Shown: positions 49,513 to 59,236 of the stretch, piece after piece
How positions within the stretch are numbered: position 1 is the first letter of the stretch
How the letters are laid out: each line of letters opens with the position of its first letter
Notes under the pieces: model-generated
Seen by the model: only the letters and a program-made list of their open reading frames with translations
Databases searched by the model: none
What the model was told of the DNA's origin: nothing
Made by a program: the position numbers and the translations under genes
Assembly: GCA_963804165.1 (NCBI GenBank)
Contig: CAWDPO010000015.1
Coordinates: 136,377-200,376 of the forward strand
Reading direction: 5' to 3'
Origin: an uncultured delta proteobacterium
GTDB taxonomy: Bacteria; Desulfobacterota; Binatia; UBA9968
Length of the DNA stretch: 64,000 nt

Positions 49513-51117
49513 TTGCTTCGACGACAAACATTCCAACTATTATTGCATCTGTCGGCGATCACTCTCGCTCTCGCCGCCTTGCTGAGCGCATGCAAATCGA
49601 CGACGAAAAGCGGCGGCGGAATCCAGTTCCGGGTCAACCTCGGCACCGAACCGCCCAGTCTGGATTGGTCGCTGGCGACCGATCACGTGTCGTTTAACGT
49701 GATAGCGAACCTCATGGTTGGCCTCACCGAGTTCGATAAAGACTTAAAGCCCGCACCGGTGATCGCCAAAAATTGGGACTTCTTAGATAAGGGCACGAAA
49801 ATAGTTTTTCATTTGCGCGACGACGTGCAGTGGAGCGACGGCAAGAAAGTGCGTGCGCAAGACTTCGAGTATTCGTGGAAACGTTTGCTCAACCCGAAAA
49901 CTGCATCCCAGTACGCATATATTCTTTTCGATATTGCCAATGCTCAAGAGTATGCCGAGGGCAAAATTAAAGACGCTTCGGCAGTCGGCGTCCAAGCGCC
50001 GGACGATCAAACCTTGGTCGTCACTTTGCGCCACCCTGCCGCTTACTTTCTCGCCATCACTACTTTCGAAGTCACTTACCCACAGCGCCAGGATGTCATC
50101 GAGAAATTCGACAACCGGTGGACCGAGCCTGGGAATCTGCTCACCAATGGGCCCTATCGCTTGACGTCCTGGAAACACGAGAACGAAATCGAGCTCAGCG
50201 CGAACCCGAGCTACTTTCGCGGCAAGCCGGCGATCGACAAAGTCACCATGGTCATGATCAACGAAAAGACCACGGCAGTGGCGATGTACGAGCAAGGCAA
50301 TTTGGATTTCATAGACGAGTCACACAGCATCCCGACTTTGGATAAACCGCGGTTGGCGAAAATGCCCGGCTACAAAGTTGTGCCGCAACTACGCGGCGAA
50401 TATTACGGCTTTGCTGTCGACCGCAAGCCCTTCGACAATCCGAAACTACGCAAGGCCTTTGCGATGGCCATCGACCGAAACGTCTTCCCCAAAATCCTCC
50501 AGGGCGGACAGACACCGGCGACATCTTGGATTCCGCCCGGCATGCTGGCGCATAATCCCGAGATCGGTCTGGCATTCAATCCAAACGAAGCCAAGCGGCT
50601 TTTGACCGAAGCCGGCTATCCCGACGGCAAGGGATTGCCGCCGATCGTTTTTGGCTACAACACGCAGGACGATCACAAGCTGGTAGCCGAAGCGGTGCAG
50701 GGCATGTGGCAAAAATATTTGAACGTGATCGTGAGGATCGAAAATCAGGAGTGGAAAGTTTACCTAAAAAAGCTGCAGAATGATCCCTTCGTGGTGCACC
50801 GCGCCGGCTGGGGCGCCGACTACCCGGACCCCGATAATTTTATGAAGCTTTTCACTTCCAACAGCGGCAACAATCACGGTCGGTGGAAAAATCCGCGCTA
50901 CGACCAATTGCTCGAACAAGCGGCGCGCGAACAAGACAACACGAAGCGCAGCCGGCTCTACGATGAAGCACAAACAATTCTTACTGAAACCGGTGCCGCG
51001 ATCGCGCCGCTGTTTTGGAAAAGCGAAGCGACCCTGCTGAGCCCGAAGTTTACCGGGTTGGAATACAATTCGATGGCCCGGATGGATCTGCGCAATGTGA
51101 AGCCCGCGGCAAAATAG
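49513..51117 (+). CDS. oppA: Oligopeptide ABC transporter lipoprotein solute-binding protein
   Basis: Lipobox LSAC, EPPSLD, WSDG, NGPY, LRKAFAMAIDR, WGADYPDP. Confidence 0.92.
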   Translation: MLRRQTFQLLLHLSAITLALAALLSACKSTTKSGGGIQFRVNLGTEPPSLDWSLATDHVSFNVIANLMVGLTEFDKDLKPAPVIAKNWDFLDKGTKIVFHLRDDVQWSDGKKVRAQDFEYSWKRLLNPKTASQYAYILFDIANAQEYAEGKIKDASAVGVQAPDDQTLVVTLRHPAAYFLAITTFEVTYPQRQDVIEKFDNRWTEPGNLLTNGPYRLTSWKHENEIELSANPSYFRGKPAIDKVTMVMINEKTTAVAMYEQGNLDFIDESHSIPTLDKPRLAKMPGYKVVPQLRGEYYGFAVDRKPFDNPKLRKAFAMAIDRNVFPKILQGGQTPATSWIPPGMLAHNPEIGLAFNPNEAKRLLTEAGYPDGKGLPPIVFGYNTQDDHKLVAEAVQGMWQKYLNVIVRIENQEWKVYLKKLQNDPFVVHRAGWGADYPDPDNFMKLFTSNSGNNHGRWKNPRYDQLLEQAAREQDNTKRSRLYDEAQTILTETGAAIAPLFWKSEATLLSPKFTGLEYNSMARMDLRNVKPAAK

Positions 51118-51236
51118 GCGACTGCCGCATTTTAAGCAATTTTAAAAAGTGTCTGTCATCGCTCTCACTGTGGTTTGCCAAGCACGGCGAAATCGCATAA
51201 GAAATAAAACCAATCAACTCGGAGGAAGGCCCGCAA

Positions 51237-51725
51237 ATGGAACTCAGCGAAGATGATGTCTTGCACATACTGAAACTGATCGACGAATCCAAGTTCGATT
51301 ACTTTCAGCTCGAAGTCGGCGAGCTCAAGATCACGGTGAGCAAAGGCGATCCGATTCCTATCGCTGGCACATCGCAGCCGGTTGCCGTAACCGCGGCGCC
51401 CAGCCCGGCACCCGCAGCGCCGAAGCCGGCCGCTGCAGCGGCCGCCGTCGCGCCGCAGGCGGCCAAGCCGGTGGTGGTTCCCGAGGGCATGTTAGCGATC
51501 ACTGCGCCGCTGCTCGGAACATTTTATGTTGCCCCGGAACCCGGCGCGCCGCCGTTCGTCAAAATCGGCCAGCAGATCACGGAAGACACCACCGTCGGAC
51601 TGATCGAAGTCATGAAAGTTTTCAACAGCGTACGCTCAGCCGTTAACGGCACGATCGTTGAACTGGTTGTGCAGAACGGTCAATTCATCGAGTTCGGTCA
51701 GACGTTATTCATCGTCAAGCCGTAA
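51237..51725 (+). CDS. accB: Biotin carboxyl carrier protein
   Basis: Ala/Pro linker, APLLGTFY, IEVMK biotinylation motif, EFGQTL. Confidence 0.9.
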   Translation: MELSEDDVLHILKLIDESKFDYFQLEVGELKITVSKGDPIPIAGTSQPVAVTAAPSPAPAAPKPAAAAAAVAPQAAKPVVVPEGMLAITAPLLGTFYVAPEPGAPPFVKIGQQITEDTTVGLIEVMKVFNSVRSAVNGTIVELVVQNGQFIEFGQTLFIVKP

Positions 51726-51755
51726 GCCAGCAGAAAGCTGAAAAAGCGAAGAATG

Positions 51756-51831
51756 CTTCGACGAGCTCAGCATGAACGGAAATTCTTATACGATTTCAAT
51801 CTTGTGTCCGTTCGTCCTGAGCTTGTCGAAG
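51756..51831. repeat. REP-like inverted repeat
   Basis: CTTCGACGAGCTCAGCATGAACGGA ... TCCGTTCGTCCTGAGCTTGTCGAAG. Confidence 0.8.
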
Positions 51832-51932
51832 GACTCCAACAAAGTTTTTCGCCATCCTGCTAGACACTTTTCGATCCCGTCAAGAAACCGTCTGCTCTTC
51901 TATTTGTACTTGATATATTTCTCGGAGCATCC

Positions 51933-53303
51933 ATGAGTGTCACTCGCGTATTGGTCGCCAATCGCGGCGAAATTGCCGTCCGTGTCATTAAAGCTTGCCA
52001 AAGTTTGGGTATCGAAACGGTTGCTGCGGTATCGGACGCGGACCGAGAAAGCATGGCTGCTCAAATGGCCACCCGCGCGGTGTGTATCGGTCCGGCGCGC
52101 TCGACAGATAGTTACTTGAAGGTCGAAAACCTGATCGCCGCTGCGCACGGCACAGGGTGCGACGCGCTCCATCCGGGCTACGGTTTTCTCTCGGAACGGG
52201 CGGCCTTAGCCCAAGCATGTAGTGAAAACAAAATTACTTTCGTCGGGCCGAGCGCTGAAAATATCAGCATGATGGGCGACAAGCTCGAGGCGCGTAAAAT
52301 CGCGCGCGAAGCCGGAGTGCCGTTGGTTCCGGGATCCGATCACGCCAAGAATCCGGACGAAGCAGCCGAGCTCGCCGAACAAATTGGCTATCCCTTGCTG
52401 CTCAAGGCGTCGGCCGGCGGCGGTGGACGGGGGATTAAGCTCGTCACCAATCCCAGCGAGATTGAAGACACGTTTCGCACCGCAGCGGCCGAAGCGCGCG
52501 CTGCCTTCGGCAATGATACGCTTTACATGGAAAAATACGTCGGCAACGCGCGCCACATCGAAGTGCAGATTCTCGGCGACGAGCAGGGTAACGTCATCCA
52601 TCTCGGCGAGCGCGATTGTTCGCTGCAGCGGCGCCATCAGAAAATCATCGAAGAAGCACCGGCGTATGCCGTGCCGCCCGAAGTTCGGGCCAAGATTTGC
52701 AGCGCCGCGGCGACCTTGGCGCGGAGCATCGGCTACCGCAGCGCCGGCACCATCGAATTCATCTACGACAACGATACCGCCGATTTTTACTTTCTAGAAA
52801 TGAATACGCGCATCCAGGTCGAACATCCGGTGACAGAAATGATCACCGGCGTCGACCTCGTGGCGCAGCAGTTGCACATCGCGCGCAGCGAGCCGTTGCC
52901 GTTCAAGCAATCGGACATCAACTTTACCGGCCACGCCATCGAATGCCGCATCAACGCCGAGTCGCCGCAGCATGGCTTTCGCCCCTGCCCCGGTCGGATT
53001 ACCGAATGGCTCGCCCCTCAGGGACAAGGAATTCGCTTGGATACGCACTGCTACCCCGGCTATTTCGTGCCGCCCTACTACGATTCTCTGCTCGCCAAGT
53101 TGATCGTTCACGCCGTTTCGCGCGATGCTGCCGCGGATCACACCGCCAAAGCCTTGGATAGTTTTCATGTCAGCGGCATCGACACGCTCATTCCATTCTT
53201 GAAAACCGTGATCGCCGATTCCGACTATCGCCGCGGCGCGGTCAACACCCGTTGGCTGGAAAAGAAGCTGGAAGAATATTCTGCGGCACTTACCGCGCCA
53301 TAG
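51933..53303 (+). CDS. accC: Biotin carboxylase
   Basis: ANRGEIA, HPGYGFLSE, GGGGRG, ERDCSLQRR, EMNTRIQVEH, YYDSL. Confidence 0.95.
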   Translation: MSVTRVLVANRGEIAVRVIKACQSLGIETVAAVSDADRESMAAQMATRAVCIGPARSTDSYLKVENLIAAAHGTGCDALHPGYGFLSERAALAQACSENKITFVGPSAENISMMGDKLEARKIAREAGVPLVPGSDHAKNPDEAAELAEQIGYPLLLKASAGGGGRGIKLVTNPSEIEDTFRTAAAEARAAFGNDTLYMEKYVGNARHIEVQILGDEQGNVIHLGERDCSLQRRHQKIIEEAPAYAVPPEVRAKICSAAATLARSIGYRSAGTIEFIYDNDTADFYFLEMNTRIQVEHPVTEMITGVDLVAQQLHIARSEPLPFKQSDINFTGHAIECRINAESPQHGFRPCPGRITEWLAPQGQGIRLDTHCYPGYFVPPYYDSLLAKLIVHAVSRDAAADHTAKALDSFHVSGIDTLIPFLKTVIADSDYRRGAVNTRWLEKKLEEYSAALTAP

Positions 53304-53372
53304 TTGAAATGGTTCAAGCGAGCCTTTGCAAACGTGGCGTTCTCTGCGATTAAACAAGCGGAATCAAAAATC

Positions 53373-54845
53373 ATGAGCGAAGTAAAGTTTGTCGATACAA
53401 CATTGCGTGACGGTCAAGCGAGCCTGTGGGCCGAGAACATGCGCACCGGCATGATGCTTGCCGTCGCCGATCGCATCGATAACGCGGGCTTTCAGGCAAT
53501 CGAGCTGATCGCTTCGAGCCACATCAAAAAGTGCGTGCGCGAATTGCGCGAGGATCCGTTCGAGCGCATGCGCGTGGTGGCGAAGAAAATCACCCGGACC
53601 CCGCTGCGCGCCATCGGCTCGGAACGGCTAAGCGCCTTTGAGTTGACTCCCGATTCGGTGAACGATCTCTGGTTCGAGCGCATGGTCGCCAACGGCATCA
53701 AACAGATTCGTATCTCGAATCCGTCCAACGATCCGGCGGGCTGGAAAAAGTCCGTTACGCGGGCCAATCGCAACGGGTTACGGACGGTGTTGAATCTGAT
53801 TTTTTCAGTCTCGCCGAAACATTCGGACGAATATTACGCGCGCAAGGCGCGCGCTGCCGCCGCGCTCAAGCCCGACTTCATCTGTCTCAAAGATCCCGGT
53901 GGCTTGCTGACCCCGGAGCGCACCATTGTGTTGATTCAAGTGATACAGCGCGAGGCGCCGGGATTTCCCATCGAGCTCCATGTGCACTGTACCACGGGGC
54001 TCGGCCCGCTGTGCGCGCTGGAAGCGATCAGGCTCGGCGTCGAGATCATCGACACTTCGGTACCGCCGTTGGCTAACGCTTCATCGAATCCGTCGATTTT
54101 CAATGTCGCGCAAAACTGCCGCGCGCTCGGCTATTCCCCGATCATCGATGAAAAAGCTTTGAAATCAGTCGAAGCGGATCTGACGTTTATCGCCAAGCGA
54201 GAGAACATGCCGCTCGGCGCTCCGGTGGAATACGACTACAGCCAATACGTTCATCAAGTCCCCGGCGGGATGATCTCTAACTTGCATTTTCAGCTCAAGA
54301 ACTTGAGTATGCTCGATCGCCTTCCGGAAGTCCTGGAAGAATGCGTGCGGGTGCGCGAAGAATTGGGCTTCCCGATCATGGTGACGCCGCTCTCGCAATT
54401 CGTCGGCAGCCAAGCCGCCATCAACGTCATCAAAGGCGAGCGCTACGCTCAGGTGACCGATCAAGTGATCCAATACGCCACCGGCCACTGGGGCGAGGAG
54501 GCGGCAGCTGAAGTCGAGCCGAGCATCAAAGCAAAGATTTTGGACCGGTCGCGCGCCAAGGAGTTTGCCAAATGGCAACCCCCGCAGCCGACGATTCAAG
54601 AATTGCGCGCCAACCTCGGCGGCCCGAGCTTGAGCGACGACGAATTGCTGATGCGCTACGTCGTCGGCAACGACGACGTCCAGGCCATGCGCGCCGCTGG
54701 GGCGCCTAAAGACTATAGCGACACTCGCAACCCGCTTCTCGCCTTATTGCGCGAACTGACTCAACGTCAGGATTGTAGCCAGATCTACATCCGCAAGGAC
54801 GGGTTTTCGTTGGCGTTGGAAAAGCACAGAAATTCCCCTGGCTGA
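53373..54845 (+). CDS. Pyruvate carboxylase / oxaloacetate decarboxylase-type carboxyltransferase without a biotinyl domain
   Basis: DTTLRDG, LKDPGG, LHVHCTTG, HQVPGGMISN, MVTPLSQ; ATG at 53373. Confidence 0.88.
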   Translation: MSEVKFVDTTLRDGQASLWAENMRTGMMLAVADRIDNAGFQAIELIASSHIKKCVRELREDPFERMRVVAKKITRTPLRAIGSERLSAFELTPDSVNDLWFERMVANGIKQIRISNPSNDPAGWKKSVTRANRNGLRTVLNLIFSVSPKHSDEYYARKARAAAALKPDFICLKDPGGLLTPERTIVLIQVIQREAPGFPIELHVHCTTGLGPLCALEAIRLGVEIIDTSVPPLANASSNPSIFNVAQNCRALGYSPIIDEKALKSVEADLTFIAKRENMPLGAPVEYDYSQYVHQVPGGMISNLHFQLKNLSMLDRLPEVLEECVRVREELGFPIMVTPLSQFVGSQAAINVIKGERYAQVTDQVIQYATGHWGEEAAAEVEPSIKAKILDRSRAKEFAKWQPPQPTIQELRANLGGPSLSDDELLMRYVVGNDDVQAMRAAGAPKDYSDTRNPLLALLRELTQRQDCSQIYIRKDGFSLALEKHRNSPG

Positions 54846-54923
54846 TTTTAGTTAGTCCGATATCTTCTAGCGACTGGCCGTCGGCAATCCGCTGAATCCT
54901 TCTGGAAAACAACGCACGACTTA

Positions 54924-55046
54924 TGTCATCCTGAGCATCGGACCGTGCGAAAGCACCGACAGAAGTGAAATACTTATGCGTTCGCGCTGAGCGCGGTCGA
55001 GGGCTCCGACAGGGTTTTCAAACAGTCTGGCATCGCGAAGGATCTC
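54924..55046. repeat. Nested REP-like elements
   Basis: TGTCATCCTGAGC ... GCGAAGGATCTC split by an insert containing GTTCGCGCTGAGCGCGGTCGAGGG, similar to the right arm of the 51756 element. Confidence 0.55.
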
Positions 55047-55089
55047 ATCCTAATTTCTGCCTGGAAGGAAAACTAACCTTGACAGTCAG

Positions 55090-56007
55090 ATGATCTCCCT
55101 GCTGCTCAAACGTTTCTCGCACGGCGTCGTCGTCCTGTGGGCCGTGGCCACACTCACCTTTGCCCTATTACGAGTCGCGCCCGGCGGTCCCTTCGACAGC
55201 GAGCGAAAGCTACCGCCGGAAATCATCGCCAATCTTGAAGCTAAATATCATCTCAATGAACCGTTGTGGGAGCAGTATCTACGCTATCTCGCCGGAATTG
55301 CCCGCGGCGATCTCGGCCCCTCTTATAAATATCTCGACCGCGCCGTGACCCAAATCATCGCCGATACTTTACCGACGTCGGCGTTGCTCGGGACGCTCGC
55401 GCTCATATTCGCGCTGCTGGTCGCGTTTCCGCTCGGACTGTGCGCCGCCTATTATCGCGATTCGATCGTCGACCGTTGTTGCATTTTCGTGGCGACGCTC
55501 GGCATCTCGCTGCCTAACTTTATTCTCGGCGCTTTACTGATTTGGGCGGTTGCTTTGCAACTCGGCTGGCTTCAGGCCGGCCGTTGGGATGCCTGGAGCA
55601 GCGTGATCCTGCCTACGATGACCCTCGGCGCGGCGCCGGCGGCTTATCTCGCCGCGCTCTTGCGCTCCACGTTGATCGACACCTTCGGCGAAGATTTTGT
55701 GCGCACAGCGCGCGCCAAGGGAGTTACCGAGTCCGCGGTAGTGGTGAAACACGCGTTGAGCAATTCGCTGATCCCCGTTCTAACCGTGATGGGCCCGCTT
55801 ACCGCCGCTCTGCTCACAGGTTCTTTCGTGGTCGAATACGTTTTCGCCATACCCGGCATGGGGCGATATTTCATTACTGCCGTCACCGACCGCGACTATC
55901 CGCTGATCATGGGGGTGACTCTGATCTATACGGTGATCTTGGTGGGCGCTAATTTTCTCGTCGATGTTTTGTACGGCTACGTCGACCCACGAATTCGTAC
56001 CGAATAA
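55090..56007 (+). CDS. oppB: Oligopeptide ABC permease
   Basis: APGGPF, GDLGPS, TARAKG, FAIPGMG, RDYP, DPRIR. Confidence 0.93.
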   Translation: MISLLLKRFSHGVVVLWAVATLTFALLRVAPGGPFDSERKLPPEIIANLEAKYHLNEPLWEQYLRYLAGIARGDLGPSYKYLDRAVTQIIADTLPTSALLGTLALIFALLVAFPLGLCAAYYRDSIVDRCCIFVATLGISLPNFILGALLIWAVALQLGWLQAGRWDAWSSVILPTMTLGAAPAAYLAALLRSTLIDTFGEDFVRTARAKGVTESAVVVKHALSNSLIPVLTVMGPLTAALLTGSFVVEYVFAIPGMGRYFITAVTDRDYPLIMGVTLIYTVILVGANFLVDVLYGYVDPRIRTE

Positions 56008-56038
56008 AATCCTGGCGAGACGCAAGCGAACCGAATTC

Positions 56039-56872
56039 ATGAATTCCTATCAAAGACCACACAATCGGCTTCTCGGCGTCAGCGCCGGATTTGTTTTGCT
56101 CGTCGTGCTCTTGGCAGCGTTCGCGCCATGGCTTTCCGCTTATACCGTCGGAGGGCTCGAGGAAAAACGTTTACTGGAAGCGCCCAGCGCGGCGCATTGG
56201 ATGGGCACGGACGGCCTCGGCCGCGATCTTTTGACGCGCGTGTTGTACGGCGCACGCGTGTCAATCGCCGTAGGTCTAGGTACCGCATTTATCGCCCTGA
56301 TTATCGGTACAACCTACGGCCTGATCGCCGGCTTCAAAGGCGGCAACTGGGATCACGCGATGATGCGTATTGTCGATCTCTTTTACGGTTTACCCGACAT
56401 GTTGATCTTCATTTTGCTGTCGCTGGTATTCGGCAGAAACATCGGCGGGCTGCTGGTCGCATTGGGTTTGGTCACCTGGGTGCGTTTCGCGCGCATTGTC
56501 CGTGGCCAGGTGCTGCAAGCCAAAGAATTTCTTTTCGTCGAGAGCGCCCAGGCGCTCGGTGCATCGCGCCGCCGAATCGTCTTGCGCCACATCCTGCCCA
56601 ATATCATCGGTCCGATCATCGTTACGCTGACGTTCAGTATTCCGTCCGCGATACTCGCCGAGTCGACGCTGAGCTTCATCGGCATCGGTATCAACGACCC
56701 CTACAGCGCTTGGGGCACCAGCTGGGGCACGCTCGTGCAGGACGGCTACCGCGCCATGCGCAGTTATCCGCACGTCATCGCGTTTCCCGCGGCGGCGATT
56801 TTTTTGACGATTCTGTCGCTGAATATTTTGGGCAACGGTTTGCGCGACATTCTCGACCCGAAGCAACGTTAA
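56039..56872 (+). CDS. oppC: Oligopeptide ABC permease
   Basis: HWMGTDGLGRD, EAA-like ESAQALGA, HILPN, GLRDILDP. Confidence 0.93.
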   Translation: MNSYQRPHNRLLGVSAGFVLLVVLLAAFAPWLSAYTVGGLEEKRLLEAPSAAHWMGTDGLGRDLLTRVLYGARVSIAVGLGTAFIALIIGTTYGLIAGFKGGNWDHAMMRIVDLFYGLPDMLIFILLSLVFGRNIGGLLVALGLVTWVRFARIVRGQVLQAKEFLFVESAQALGASRRRIVLRHILPNIIGPIIVTLTFSIPSAILAESTLSFIGIGINDPYSAWGTSWGTLVQDGYRAMRSYPHVIAFPAAAIFLTILSLNILGNGLRDILDPKQR

Positions 56873-57057
56873 GGCGGTGATTAAAACCCGAGCTCGTGAC
56901 CCGTGACCGAGCTCCATTGCGAACATGACAAACGAACTCGGTTCACGATATTGACGCGCCCGCAGCGGAGACATTGTGAACACCTGCGAAGACAGTTAAC
57001 CTCATGTAAGGTTTTGATTCTCGAACCTTTTCTGCACCTAATTTTGCAGTAGAATGT

Positions 57058-57086
57058 TTGACTTAACTGCGCATTACCGTTATTAA
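57058..57086 (+). promoter_or_regulatory. Sigma70-type promoter for the tRNA pair
   Basis: TTGACT-17 nt-TATTAA, 22 nt before tRNA-Lys. Confidence 0.65.
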
Positions 57087-57108
57087 AGATGGGTTGAATT
57101 CCGCCAGC

Positions 57109-57184
57109 GAGCCGTTAGCTCAGTCGGTAGAGCATCTGCCTTTTAAGCAGAGGGTCGCCGGTTCGAATCCGGCACGGCTCACCA
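57109..57184 (+). tRNA. tRNA-Lys (TTT)
   Basis: GAGCCGT/ACGGCTC acceptor stem, anticodon loop CTTTTAA, GGTTCGAATCC T-arm, encoded CCA. Confidence 0.97.
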
Positions 57185-57188
57185 GTAC

Positions 57189-57266
57189 GTCCCCGTCGTC
57201 TAGCTCGGCCCAGGACACCGGCCTTTCACGCCGATAACACGGGTTCAAATCCCGTCGGGGACGCCA
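57189..57266 (+). tRNA. tRNA-Glu (TTC)
   Basis: GTCCCCG/CGGGGAC acceptor stem, anticodon loop CTTTCAC, GGTTCAAATCC T-arm, encoded CCA. Confidence 0.97.
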
Positions 57267-57818
57267 AACTTTCATAAATCTATTTGCGGTCGTGAATTAA
57301 GCTTCACGATCTCTTCGTCATCGCGGCGCGAGTTGGCGAAACCAGCACGAGGGTTGGAGACTTCACTTAGTGCCGTGCGCGAAATTTAAAGGTCGTTTTA
57401 AAAAAATGTCAAATCCAGTTGCTCGGACTAACGTGAGATCGGTGTTCCAGAGTGAATTAAGTTATTAGAGTTAAGCGGGTCAGATATAGATACCTCCAGC
57501 TTAAACCAAGGCTTCACTGACTGCTGAATGTACATCGGCGATTACTCTTTGAGATAGGCCTATCTTGCTATGATCGTCAGTGGTCCGAGATCTGCCGAAT
57601 CCATGGTCTCGGGTCACCATCGGGGGCCTGCGGCTGGACAAATTCGGACATCCAACCATGATCTTCACGCGACTGTATGAAAAGTAAACAGAGTCACTTT
57701 GGTTCCTTTCGACGGCCGCAACTTACCCAGTGATCCAACAAATTCCGCCAAACCTGCCCAGGTGGGGCTCATCGACCTAGGAAGTCGCTCGGCACATTAA
57801 ATGCTAATAAGCTGGCTC

Positions 57819-58268
57819 ATGGGTGGCAAGAATCGGATACTGGTTGTTGAAGACAATTCCGACGTTAGAGAACTTCTTGTCTTTCTTCTACGAAGATCGG
57901 GCTACGAGGTCATTGAAGCGGCAACGGGACTGGAAGCCCTAGTTCAGACGCGCGCGGCGCAACCCGATCTCATCATCATGGATCTCGGCTTGCCCGAGAT
58001 GACGGGCGACGAAGCAACGGCCCGGATCAAAGCTGATCCGTCCACCAAACATATACCTGTAATCGTCAATACCGCCTTTAATCCCAAGGCGGACTTTGTT
58101 GAGCGCGCGATTGCGGCTGGGGCCGCTGAAATAATGCACAAGCCAACCGAGTTGAAGGTTATCTTGCAGATGGTGCGCCGATATTTATCGCCGCAAATCG
58201 ACCGCTCCGGCGTACCGATGCAACCGGGGGCATCTAGCTTTCAGCCTGCTGTCGTCACCCAAAGATAA
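57819..58268 (+). CDS. Single-domain response regulator (CheY/DivK-like)
   Basis: ILVVEDN, PDLIIMDLGLP, TA, KP; no output domain. Confidence 0.9.
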   Translation: MGGKNRILVVEDNSDVRELLVFLLRRSGYEVIEAATGLEALVQTRAAQPDLIIMDLGLPEMTGDEATARIKADPSTKHIPVIVNTAFNPKADFVERAIAAGAAEIMHKPTELKVILQMVRRYLSPQIDRSGVPMQPGASSFQPAVVTQR

Positions 58269-58555
58269 TTCTACCGGGGAAAATTCACACCCACCACCTA
58301 CGAACGGTGGCACTCGACTATCGATCTTTATGCAGCTGCATGAAGATTCTTGTTTCTAACTGAATCTTAAAACCTTAAAGACGAGTTCGGCCAATCAAGA
58401 ACTGGCAAGCGTCATTCTCCGCTCCGCGAGGATGCACAGGGGTGGCGTCGTCACAAAACTGAAATTTGATGACAACTCGACGACCAAAACGGTAATTCAC
58501 GCGGAACTGTGACAAGTCGAAAGCGACTGCCACAACCCTCGACACGAGGTGGGTG

Positions 58556-59176
58556 ATGCCTAAGCGAAACATCCTCATCGCGATCTGGCTGTTATTCGGT
58601 CTGCTAACGCTAGGGGCCATCGTCACGCAACTCGTTCTCCATGTTCACAGTGGCTTCAACGTCGTCAACTTCTTCAGCTACTTCACCAATTTGTCCAACA
58701 TCTTTGCCGCCGTCGTCATGATTGTCGGTGCGATCGCCCTCTTCAACCGTCGGCAGCCAACCCCGACCGATGACATCATTCGCGGGACATCAGTGGTTTG
58801 TATGGCCCTTGTCGGTATTGTCTTCAGCGTCTTGCTCCGGAACGAGGATCTGGGCAACCTTTTGCCGTGGGTGAACATCGTGCTTCACTACATTATGCCC
58901 GTAGTTGTGGTGCTGGAGTGGCTCATCCAGCCGCCGCACTCGGGGCTTGAAGTGAATCAGATAGTCTACTGGCTGATCTATCCGCTGATGTACCTAGCCT
59001 ATTCGATTATCCGCGGCGCAATCATGGGCTTCTACGCATACCCGTTCTTTAACCCCGGCAGAGTGGGCGGCTACAGTGGCGTTTTTCTCTACTGTGTCGC
59101 GATTCTCGCGGTATTTCTCTTCGTCAGCTGGCTGCTGCTGAAACTAGGGAACAAACTCAGGTCGACGGTGGGTTGA
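58556..59176 (+). CDS. Pr6Pr / FAR-17a-AIG1-like integral membrane protein
   Basis: FFSYFTNLSN, LHYIMP, YAYPFF; about six TM helices. Confidence 0.82.
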   Translation: MPKRNILIAIWLLFGLLTLGAIVTQLVLHVHSGFNVVNFFSYFTNLSNIFAAVVMIVGAIALFNRRQPTPTDDIIRGTSVVCMALVGIVFSVLLRNEDLGNLLPWVNIVLHYIMPVVVVLEWLIQPPHSGLEVNQIVYWLIYPLMYLAYSIIRGAIMGFYAYPFFNPGRVGGYSGVFLYCVAILAVFLFVSWLLLKLGNKLRSTVG

Positions 59177-59236
59177 GCGATATCGAGCATGTTTTTGATC
59201 GGCGCGCGCTTCTCCGCCGGCGCACACACAGCGCGG

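Noticed and set aside
51237-53303. accB-accC as the fatty-acid acetyl-CoA carboxylase
   Set aside because: The adjacent carboxyltransferase is of the pyruvate-carboxylase type and there is no accA/accD or fab context; the gene symbols denote family only.
57267-57800. Integrase, prophage or att site after the tRNAs
   Set aside because: No recombinase or phage ORF and no duplicated tRNA end was seen.
57790-57806. Sigma54-like GG-N10-GC (CGGCACATTAAATGCT) upstream of the response regulator
   Set aside because: The match is imperfect and would put the transcription start only a few nt before the ATG; it cannot be supported without data.
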